NCBI GenBank assembly: GCA_041739995.1
Contig: JBGSMV010000029.1
Location: forward strand, 32,001-96,000
DNA from: Bdellovibrionota bacterium
Lineage (GTDB): Bacteria > Bdellovibrionota_C > UBA2361 > JBGSMV01
Reading direction: 5' to 3'
Length of the DNA stretch: 64,000 bases
Shown here: positions 19,535 to 27,728 of the stretch, piece after piece
Layout of the letters: every line of letters starts with the position of its first letter
Numbering within the stretch: the stretch's first letter is position 1
Made by a program: the position numbers and the translations under genes
The notes under the pieces: model-generated
Seen by the model: only the letters and a program-made list of their open reading frames with translations
The model's database searches: none
What the model was told of the DNA's origin: nothing

Positions 19535-21681
19535 AGAGTCCCCCAAGTTGGATAATCTTGAGGGTGATAGCTCGGTGCCAAACGGCGCTGAGTAGGATCT
19601 TCGTGCCATTTCTGCTCGCGCTTTTGTTGCTCATTACAAGTGCGCTCGTTTTTGAAGGGCCGCTTCGTCGCCAATTTCCCCATAGGGCAGCGCGAATGAG
19701 CTGGGAAATTGACGGCATGAGTATTGAGATTTTCCGCTCGCGGGAATCCCGTTATTTTCCAGAAATGCGGTACTCACCGATGCATATCACCGTTCCATTT
19801 TCTCAGACTCCGCGTGGATGTGAGTTCGTGTATGGGGCCGTGGTGTATAGATATCACCAGCAAAGCGATCGTCTGATCGAACAACCCAGGTATCTTACCA
19901 AGTTTCGATATAATCTCGAGCGTGGGCGCTGTGAGTCGAAAGATCTCTTCATTATTGATGGAGAGACTCCTTTCGACATGGATGTTCAACTTGTTGATGT
20001 CGAGCTTTCAGGCGAAGAAATAATCGAGATGCCTAGGCCTGAAGGATTACGGATTATAGCCTTGAGTCCAGAAGAAGTTCGGGTAGCTAAACAGGTTATT
20101 CCAGCGCAAGAACCTTTTCGACGACCACAATTCACCAAGCGAATTTCGAAATTTTCTGCCAATCTCGACGCAGGTGAGGCCGAGATGCTTGTGGCGCCTT
20201 ACGATCAGGTTAAGCCTCTGATCTTGTCGGAGATTCGGGCGCTGATCGAACGTTGCAAGAGCAGCGGGCAAAGCAACGCGCAGTGTTCTTCTGCCCCGGG
20301 TTCGTCCATCCGCGGCGCAATTGCCGAGATTCTTGATCCGGATATCTCAGATGCAATGGAGGACGCACGTGCTGCAGGCATAGACGTTGATGTGCTCACC
20401 AACTACCGCGCACAAGCAGAGACGTCGCAGCTTGTGACGCTCGATCACGGCAAACTACGTGGCGTCACCGCTAGGTTCGATGGGCCGAGCCCTTGGATGT
20501 GGCTGCGTTTGAACCCGCATTCATTAGTGCTCAAGCTGCCAATGCATACAAAGTTTATTATCATCGGCGACTCCTTCGTATTAAGCACGAATGCCAATTT
20601 CAACTTCATGTTCACCGAAAGTAGTCGCGAAGTAACGATGGTGTATCGAAGCCCGACAGTGGTGCAGATGTTTGACGACTTGCTCGCGCAGATCCGTACT
20701 TCAGTGTATCGCCCGCTTGATGTCGATCTTCGAGATAACTTTCTTCTGCTATTCAATGCGGATCGGCCAAGGGGCTACTCAGTGACGGATCAAAAGTCTT
20801 ACGTCCCGATTAATACTAATGAAGGTGTCAGATCGAGTGCGTACGGCATTTTGCTCGAGCTTCTCGCGCGGTCAACGGGTGAGGTTGTGCTCGCCATGTC
20901 CCCCATCTCTGACGCTTGTGATACCTATCGTCGTCGGCACTGTTTGTTCGACATTCTTTCGCGGCGTGCAGGTATTGGTATGTTCCGCCTATTCATGAAT
21001 GGCTACTTCTATTTTAGCGAGGAGGTGGGAGGCCTTGATGAGTGGCGCTATGCGGCGCGTCGGTATCAAGAAGAGTTTCAGAATCGGTTTCGTGCCGTCA
21101 GGAAGATTTTTTCTGAAACTAGTGAGGATGGTCTCTCGATTTTTATGCAAAAGGGCAATTCCTACAGCCTCCATCACGAGCGCTTAGGTCTCGTGGGGGA
21201 TGATTGGGTCCTGGCAGGGTCCGCGAACCTTGGCCAAAAGGGGACACTGAATGTGATGGAACTATTGAGAAGCCCTGTCCTCATGGAGAAGGTAAAGAGC
21301 GAGGTAGCGACGTTTGATGAGCCATACTTTGTTTCCCATGCCCATGAGTGGACTCCGGAGGAGAAAGAATATCGAAATTGTGAGTTCACCTTTGAGCGCG
21401 AGCTGCTTCATTGGAGAGAGTATAAACTTAAACGCTTTCAGCGTAGCGAGGTCATTTCAGAATTGAAACGTAAGTACGGAGTCGAAGCACCCGGGACATT
21501 ATTTCTGGTGTCTCCGGCCTTTGATCCGAGGCCGGATGATGGAGTTCGCTATTTCAAGGATGTGGGAGAAAAGGTCGTCGAACTAGAGGAAGTTTTTACA
21601 AGCCTTTCAAGTTATCTCTGCATCCAGGACAGTGCGGGGCAAAGCTATGTCGTCAATGTTCAAGCGTCTGCTGGAGACTAG
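19531..21681 (+). CDS. Phospholipase D-superfamily protein with two divergent HKD motifs and an N-terminal anchor
   Basis: MHTKFIIIGD…STNAN and HHERLGLVGD…GSAN motifs; hydrophobic IFVPFLLALLLLITSALVF. Confidence 0.75.
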   Translation: MKSPPSWIILRVIARCQTALSRIFVPFLLALLLLITSALVFEGPLRRQFPHRAARMSWEIDGMSIEIFRSRESRYFPEMRYSPMHITVPFSQTPRGCEFVYGAVVYRYHQQSDRLIEQPRYLTKFRYNLERGRCESKDLFIIDGETPFDMDVQLVDVELSGEEIIEMPRPEGLRIIALSPEEVRVAKQVIPAQEPFRRPQFTKRISKFSANLDAGEAEMLVAPYDQVKPLILSEIRALIERCKSSGQSNAQCSSAPGSSIRGAIAEILDPDISDAMEDARAAGIDVDVLTNYRAQAETSQLVTLDHGKLRGVTARFDGPSPWMWLRLNPHSLVLKLPMHTKFIIIGDSFVLSTNANFNFMFTESSREVTMVYRSPTVVQMFDDLLAQIRTSVYRPLDVDLRDNFLLLFNADRPRGYSVTDQKSYVPINTNEGVRSSAYGILLELLARSTGEVVLAMSPISDACDTYRRRHCLFDILSRRAGIGMFRLFMNGYFYFSEEVGGLDEWRYAARRYQEEFQNRFRAVRKIFSETSEDGLSIFMQKGNSYSLHHERLGLVGDDWVLAGSANLGQKGTLNVMELLRSPVLMEKVKSEVATFDEPYFVSHAHEWTPEEKEYRNCEFTFERELLHWREYKLKRFQRSEVISELKRKYGVEAPGTLFLVSPAFDPRPDDGVRYFKDVGEKVVELEEVFTSLSSYLCIQDSAGQSYVVNVQASAGD

Positions 21682-21820
21682 TGTCCTGAGTTAAGAGTTC
21701 GATGAATAATTCTCGCCGAGCTCGCTGCTCTCTTTGTGAACATATTTAATGAATTGTACAATGAGTTCAGCGAGCACAGCGAGAAAAATACTTAAATGAA
21801 CTTCTGACTCAGCACACTAG
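21678..21820. mobile_element. MITE-like element, copy 2 (orientation B; most intact, 143 bp)
   Basis: CTAG at both ends; TIR ctagtgtcctgagt…actcagcacactag; left CTAG contains the PLD gene stop codon. Confidence 0.88.
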
Positions 21821-21868
21821 TCGCGCCCGATTCTCTGACAACTTAGCTTTGCACCCAAGAGGTGAGGA

Positions 21869-22261
21869 CTAGGGACAGGTCGGAGGCACTGAGTTCGGTA
21901 CGCAGGAACAGAGTCCAGAGCTTGAACTTCTACGAGTGCAGATCAGATCCTCTGCGCCGGTGCTGGATTTACAATAAATCTGTGTCGTGGTTGTGGGATA
22001 GCAAGTGTAGCCAGCCGGATATGGTGCGCAGTCGGTAAAGCGAGCGCAGCTGCACATTCCGTAGCTCCCAGGAAGACATCTCAGTGGCGAGAGCGGATCA
22101 ATCGGAGGGGATACGTCGCGACAGACGATTACTTGGGTGCCCTGGTAAGTTGTGGTTTGGAAGCCCGAAGGGCAAGCGCAGGCAGCCGAGGCTTCAGCGA
22201 CAAACGCCGCGGCGCTGCACACCATAAGTGCTATGCAATAGAGTAAGGCCCTTACCATCAT
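21869..22261 (-). CDS. Small Cys-rich secreted protein
   Basis: Signal peptide …AEASA; many Cys; CPSGF and G.CSC motifs. Confidence 0.7.
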   Translation of the reverse strand: MMVRALLYCIALMVCSAAAFVAEASAACACPSGFQTTTYQGTQVIVCRDVSPPIDPLSPLRCLPGSYGMCSCARFTDCAPYPAGYTCYPTTTTQIYCKSSTGAEDLICTRRSSSSGLCSCVPNSVPPTCP

Positions 22262-22594
22262 GTCCGTCTAATCCCTAACAAGAGAGTCGGGCCAAGAAGC
22301 TAAAAACTTAAAGGGAATTTTACCTCATGAGTTCAAGTTGGTAGCCTGGAAGCAGCTGTCCGCTGAGCCATTGAGAGCCGCTAATCTTTTGGGTTCTGGC
22401 GTCAGCCAAGGGGGGGCTAGCCCATATTGCCATTTGAGCGAAGGCTCTTGCGCGTTTGCAGTGAGCTTGGACGCACTTAGTTCTAATCCCTCTGAAGAGT
22501 CTTTTAACGAGCAGATGAGATCTTTGTTGCTCGATTTGAGGCTGGTCTGCTAGGACCTTACTTAGGAAACGTACCAATTTTGACGGAGTACCAG

Positions 22595-23347
22595 ATGGAT
22601 AGCACCAGGCAGAATGGCGAGAGAGAGAGCTGTGAGATGGACCAATCAGTAGTCGAGCAGTTGCCTGCTGGACCCGTACCTAAGGGGCCACTGAGCGCTA
22701 TCATTCTCCATCAGACCCAGACTCGCGGCATGCTTCGACACCCTTTCTATCAGGCTTGGGAAAAGGGCGAGCTTTCACTTGAAACCCTTAAAACCTACGC
22801 GAAGCAGTATTACCATCATGTGAAAGCGTTTCCTCGCTACATCAGTGCTACTCATTCGCTGTGCTCGGACCTCGAAAGTCGGCAGGTGCTCCTCGATAAC
22901 TTGATCGATGAAGAGCGTGGAGAGGAAAATCATCCGGGCAAGTGGTTGAATTTTGCTACAGGATTGGGTCAGGCTGTTGCTGACGTTGAGCATGAGGGCG
23001 CTTTCCCTGAGACCGATGCGCTGGTGGGGTCGTTCATGAGTGCTGCTCGACATTCTTATCCGGCTGGATTGGCCGCATTGTTTGTCTATGAGCAACAAAT
23101 TCCGGCCGTGGCACGAACGAAGGCTGAAGGCTTGAAGCAGTGGTATGGAATCAATGATGACCAGACTTTGGACTACTTCACCCTACATGCAGAAGTGGAC
23201 GTTGTGCATTCGGACGCAACACGACAACTCGTTGATGCGCTCCCTGGTGATCTTGCGAAAGAAGCTCTGCATGGAGCGAACTTAGCCGCAGACGCCCTTT
23301 GGCAGTTTCTCGATCGTATGCAGCAGGTCCATCAAGCTTCGAACTAA
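22595..23347 (+). CDS. CADD-family (PqqC/TenA-like heme-oxygenase fold) diiron protein, putative pABA synthase
   Basis: HPFY..W.KGEL, YAKQYY.HVKAFP.Y.S..HS.C, NL.DEE.G..NH, YE.QIP..A..K..GL, H.E.D..H; start uncertain (22595 or 22637). Confidence 0.88.
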   Translation: MDSTRQNGERESCEMDQSVVEQLPAGPVPKGPLSAIILHQTQTRGMLRHPFYQAWEKGELSLETLKTYAKQYYHHVKAFPRYISATHSLCSDLESRQVLLDNLIDEERGEENHPGKWLNFATGLGQAVADVEHEGAFPETDALVGSFMSAARHSYPAGLAALFVYEQQIPAVARTKAEGLKQWYGINDDQTLDYFTLHAEVDVVHSDATRQLVDALPGDLAKEALHGANLAADALWQFLDRMQQVHQASN

Positions 23348-23483
23348 AGAGAAGGAACTAGTCAGAAGGTCCACAAGGCGCCATTTCGTGTCCAAGCCTT
23401 TGGCTGGAGATGGAGCGCTGGCGCCGAGTGTTTTTGATGAGAAACGGCGCGTCTCCCGTGTGCGGCGAGCGTACTCGATTTGT

Positions 23484-24332
23484 ATGCCTGAGCTTCCAGA
23501 AGTTGAATCGACGGTTCGGTATCTTCGCCAGCGAGTTGAAGGGCTCGCTATCCAGGGATGTAGCGTCCTATGGAAAAGGACTTTGTCGAGCGTGTCAGTG
23601 GGGGAAGAGCTTCTAAAAGGCAAGCGCATTGCAGCGGTGACTCGCCGTGGGAAATACATTCGCATCGACCTTGCGGCACTTAAGGGCGCCCAGGTGACTC
23701 ATCATCTATTCTTTCACCTGAGAATGAGTGGGAGTCTAGAAGTCGTTCCTAGCGCCGAAGCGATTGCGCGGCACGATCGATTAATACTGAACTTCTCCAA
23801 CGGGAAAGATTTGCGCTTCAACGACCCAAGAAAGTTTGGGCGTGCCTATCTCGTCGATGACCCCAATGCGGTGGTGGGGGATCTTGGCGTTGAGCCGCTT
23901 TCGAGGGGATTCACTGCGGGTAAACTTGGCGATTTGCTTGCCCTTCGTTCAGGTGCGATTAAGCCGGTGCTCCTAAATCAGCGCATCATCTCGGGGTTGG
24001 GTAACATTTATGTGGATGAAGCGCTTTGGCGAGCGAGGATCCACCCACTGGTAAGGGCTGAAGACCTCGAAGAACGCGCGGTGCATGCATTATACAAATC
24101 GATTCGGCATGTGTTGAAAGAAGCGATTAGACTTCAGGGCACTGATTCTGGGGATGGCGTCGTGAACTATGGAAGCTATCGGCCACGGGTATGTGGGCGA
24201 GAGGGAAAACCCTGCAAACGCTGTCGCACTGTCATTGAACGAAGCGTGGTCGGACAGCGAGGCACACACACTTGCAAAAACTGCCAGCAGCGAGGACCGC
24301 GCCGGGTTCGCTCTACTGTGGGCCGTACCTAA
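23484..24332 (+). CDS. mutM: Formamidopyrimidine-DNA glycosylase
   Basis: MPELPEVE N-terminus, RRGKY, HLRMSG, DPRKFG, GLGNIY.DE, C-terminal zinc finger. Confidence 0.96.
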   Translation: MPELPEVESTVRYLRQRVEGLAIQGCSVLWKRTLSSVSVGEELLKGKRIAAVTRRGKYIRIDLAALKGAQVTHHLFFHLRMSGSLEVVPSAEAIARHDRLILNFSNGKDLRFNDPRKFGRAYLVDDPNAVVGDLGVEPLSRGFTAGKLGDLLALRSGAIKPVLLNQRIISGLGNIYVDEALWRARIHPLVRAEDLEERAVHALYKSIRHVLKEAIRLQGTDSGDGVVNYGSYRPRVCGREGKPCKRCRTVIERSVVGQRGTHTCKNCQQRGPRRVRSTVGRT

Positions 24333-24371
24333 TGGGTCAGTTTGTGAAGGTTTGCGCGTGGAGACGTTTGG

Positions 24372-24587
24372 TCACGGCAAAGACGGGGCGATAGCACGCG
24401 AGGCCCCGTCGATCAGATCGACCGTCGTGTTGAACAGGCGGTAGCCAAAGAGAATAATGTCGTCGAGTACTGGCCAGTACGCCGTGAACCCAAAGGCCAT
24501 TATCACGAGACGAAGGACCACTAGTCCGAGAATGAACTTGATTGCAAAGAAAAAGTGCGCGCCGAAATTCTCATCGTAGTAGCCCAT
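24372..24587 (-). CDS. Small hypothetical membrane protein
   Basis: 71-aa hydrophobic ORF filling an intergenic gap. Confidence 0.55.
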   Translation of the reverse strand: MGYYDENFGAHFFFAIKFILGLVVLRLVIMAFGFTAYWPVLDDIILFGYRLFNTTVDLIDGASRAIAPSLP

Positions 24588-24774
24588 GGGAAAATGATAG
24601 CAAAATCGCGTAGTTTGAGAACGACACTTCTCTCCTCGACGGCATTTTTAAGCTGAAACTATGACATTCTCTCTTGAATTCAGGTGGTTATGCGGGAGAT
24701 CGCCCAAAGTGTGAGCGGAAGGGGAGGTGGCGGTTCAAGCGATCTGGCAAAACCAAGCTATGCGACGAAGGGCT

Positions 24775-24801
24775 TAAGGACTATCTGCATTGTACCGATA
24801 C
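24775..24801 (+). promoter_or_regulatory. Possible sigma-28 (FliA)-type promoter
   Basis: TAAG-N15-ACCGATAC versus consensus TAAA-N15-GCCGATAA, ~55 bp upstream of ATG 24857. Confidence 0.45.
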
Positions 24802-24856
24802 AAAATGCAGGGAGAACATGAAGGGTTCCCCAAGTGTGTGTGGAGCAAAGGTCGCA

Positions 24857-25228
24857 ATGACCCTTAAGGTAATCCAAGGATTGGTCAGTCCGAACGCGCG
24901 GACAGGAACGGAGGTAGCCACTGCGGCCAAGGCGTCTTCGCGTCCAACGACCCAATCCCAAACAGCTCCGGTCGTATCCGTTCAGCAATCTCTCCAAAAC
25001 GTGGTGGCTACAGCAAAAAGCGTTTCCAGCGCAGGAGAAGCGGTTATTACTACAGTTCGGAGTGCTTCAAGGGCTTCTTCGTCTGAGCTCCGATCGAGCG
25101 ATGATGCCGAAAAACTAGCTCGAAAAATCGCCCGAGACCTCGGCGAAGGACGTGAAGAAGAGGCTCTGTTTTCCCATTCCGGTCTAGATACCATCGGGCG
25201 CTCAGGCCGTGGCGGAAGCCTCCTCTAG
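24857..25228 (+). CDS. Hypothetical Ser/Thr/Ala-rich protein
   Basis: Part of ORF 24674..25228; probable start MTLKVIQG. Confidence 0.6.
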   Translation: MTLKVIQGLVSPNARTGTEVATAAKASSRPTTQSQTAPVVSVQQSLQNVVATAKSVSSAGEAVITTVRSASRASSSELRSSDDAEKLARKIARDLGEGREEEALFSHSGLDTIGRSGRGGSLL

Positions 25229-25412
25229 CCGCGCTCTCAGCCCCGCTGATTAACATACTGTAAATACAAGCTAATATCTCTTAACTCCTCGCGTCGCGCC
25301 TTCGAGGTGTCTATAGGTTTATCTGCGCAAAATTTTGGCGCAAGATTTGAGTTCTCTCGCGGACTTGGGTAAGTTCACCCTTCTAAAAGTTTGAGTTTTT
25401 CGAGTGTTACGC

Positions 25413-25853
25413 ATGAGTACCTATATTCCTTCACGTGAGAAGGCCTTGGCAGATCGTAAGTGGCTAGTAATCGACGCCGCCGATAAGCCAGTCGGCCGCA
25501 TTGCTACGCAAGTCGCTTCTTTCTTGCGCGGCAAACATAAAGTCACCTTCACACCGCACGTCGATACCGGCGACTTCGTAGTGGTGGTTAATGCCTCACG
25601 AATGGTGTTCACCGGCAATAAGGCCAAGAACAAAATCTACTATCACCACACTGGCTACATCGGAAATCTAAAGGAGATCCGTGCCGGTGAGTTGCTTGCA
25701 AGAAATCCAGGGCTCGTGTTGCGCAAGGCCGTTAAGGGCATGATTCCGCACGGTCCGTTGGGGAATCGACTTATTCTTAAGCTAAAGGTGTTTAGTGGCC
25801 CAGAGCATACGCATCAGGCGCAGGTTCCTGAGGCGGTGCAGATAGCAAGTTAG
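25413..25853 (+). CDS. rplM: 50S ribosomal protein L13
   Basis: W.VIDA…GR.A..VA..LRGKHK..FTPHVDTGD. Confidence 0.98.
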   Translation: MSTYIPSREKALADRKWLVIDAADKPVGRIATQVASFLRGKHKVTFTPHVDTGDFVVVVNASRMVFTGNKAKNKIYYHHTGYIGNLKEIRAGELLARNPGLVLRKAVKGMIPHGPLGNRLILKLKVFSGPEHTHQAQVPEAVQIAS

Positions 25854-25961
25854 ATTTTCCAGATCTCTGGTGCTTGGCGGGAAGTTTAAGTTTGTCCAAT
25901 AAGTGTATTCAGTGAGGCCCTCAAGGGCGGTAGCAAGTTTGGTGATTGGTAAGAGACAGAT

Positions 25962-26354
25962 ATGAAGAAGAGTCCGATTTTTTCAATTGGCAGAAGAAAG
26001 ACCGCCGTAGCGAGAGTGTTCCTAAGGCCCGGCACGGGGATTATCACCGTTAATGGACGTCCCTACGAGGAATTCTTCGGTCGTAAGACTCTGCAGATGG
26101 TACTTCGCCAACCAGTAGAGGCTATTCCTGAAGCTAAGGAATTCGACATTCAAGTAAATGTGCGCGGTGGCGGTTCTTCGGGCCAAGCTGGCGCAGTTCG
26201 TCATGGTATCGCTCGCGCTTTGGTAAAGGTTGACGAGGCCAACAAGCCAGAGCTGCGCACTCGCGGATACCTGACTCGTGACGCTCGCATGGTTGAGCGT
26301 AAGAAGTACGGGCGTCATGGTGCTCGACGACGACCGCAGTTCTCGAAACGATAA
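25962..26354 (+). CDS. rpsI: 30S ribosomal protein S9
   Basis: [25 protein letters not shown]…QFSKR. Confidence 0.98.
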   Translation: MKKSPIFSIGRRKTAVARVFLRPGTGIITVNGRPYEEFFGRKTLQMVLRQPVEAIPEAKEFDIQVNVRGGGSSGQAGAVRHGIARALVKVDEANKPELRTRGYLTRDARMVERKKYGRHGARRRPQFSKR

Positions 26355-26603
26355 TCCTACAGTATCAAGGATCAATGTATCTATTCGTGCCGGATTCCTG
26401 GGCTAAAACCCGGCATGTTTTCGCCTATTCTTCGATCTATTTTACATCCCGGCTTGAGTGATTGCTCCGCGGTGGACTGCTCTGTTATGTGATGTAAGCC
26501 AACCTCGGTTGTTGGTGCGGCTAAGCTGTTCTGAACGTACCGTGTTGTTCTGAACGTACCCCGTTTCCGATTCTTTTACTGTTCTGCTGGTGTAGGGCGT
26601 TCC

Positions 26604-27158
26604 GTGTTCTTAGAAGTCGCTATTTTTTCGCTTCTGATCGTTTTAGCCCGTGTTGCTGACGTTTCGCTCGGTGTCCTGCGCCTTGCCTGTCTTGTTAGAG
26701 GGCTTAGTGCTCCAGCAGTTTCATTGGGATTTTTTGAGGCATTGGTGTGGGTATTTGCCGTCACTAAGGTGACCGCCCATCTCGATCAACCGATTTATAT
26801 GCTGGCTTATGCGGGCGGATTTGCGATCGGCAACTATGTGGGCATCGAGATAGATCGCCGTATTGCTTTCGGCAGCCAGGTGGTGCGCATTTTCACCAGG
26901 CGGGGCGTCGAGATGGGGAAAATGTTTAGGGAATCAGGGCTTAAAGTGACGACCTTCCGAGGGGAGGGAAAGGACGGAGAGATTGACCTATTGTTGCTCA
27001 AGTGCCCGCGGCGGGACGTGAGAGGAGTTCTTGCGAAGGCCTATGGCCTTGATGAGAAGAGCTTCTCGATCGTCGATGATGTGACTGAGAGCAATGCGCT
27101 GCAGCGCAGGGTGATGCGTGAGGCCAAGCGCCGTTGGTTCTCAATCTTTCGGCGATAA
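26604..27158 (+). CDS. UPF0316/DUF2179-type membrane protein
   Basis: AR..DVSL..LR, GFFE..VW, AYAGGFA.GNYVG, GEG.DG motifs. Confidence 0.85.
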   Translation: MFLEVAIFSLLIVLARVADVSLGVLRLACLVRGLSAPAVSLGFFEALVWVFAVTKVTAHLDQPIYMLAYAGGFAIGNYVGIEIDRRIAFGSQVVRIFTRRGVEMGKMFRESGLKVTTFRGEGKDGEIDLLLLKCPRRDVRGVLAKAYGLDEKSFSIVDDVTESNALQRRVMREAKRRWFSIFRR

Positions 27159-27258
27159 CACCTACTTACCCAAAGCGTCGACTTCCCTTCGGAGCGGGTG
27201 TAGGAATGGGGATCCGCGTTGGAGTAGCCACTTGCAGGAGAGGTGTCTCGTACCAGCT

Positions 27259-27387
27259 CTAGTGTGCTGAGTGAGAAGTTCAGATAAGAACCTTGCTCGC
27301 TGTTCTCTTTGTGTATTCATTAAATTCACAAGGAGAACAGCGAGCGCGGCGAGAAATATTCATCGAACTCTTAACTCTTGGTGCTCG
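27259..27387. mobile_element. MITE-like element, copy 3 (orientation A, internally shortened; right end decayed)
   Basis: ctagtgtgctgagt left end; shared cagcgag…gagaaat.ttcatcgaactcttaactc block; 18-bp internal inverted repeat. Confidence 0.8.
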
Positions 27388-27728
27388 GCCGTCCTACTCT
27401 TAAGACGCTTTGCTCTTTTACTTTGAGTGACTCCTTTGACTCACGGCATCTGTGTGGCCGTCCTGGAATTTGAACCGGCGAGCAAGTGCTGTGTTGGGCT
27501 GAGTATAATTTTTTACGTCCCGCATTTGATTTCTGGAGATCATTCGGTAAAAGGCTGCCGCCTGTGGAGCGGCGAGGAGTTTAACTGGCCCTAAAGTGGA
27601 GATGTCGGTGACAGTACTTTCTTTTGGTAGGAAAGTTGTTCCGGGCAATAGTGTTGGTGTTTGATAGTGAATAGTGCTGTTTAGTATCGCTGTGCTGGCA
27701 GCGAGCTTTCGAAGTTTGAGAGTAGTTC

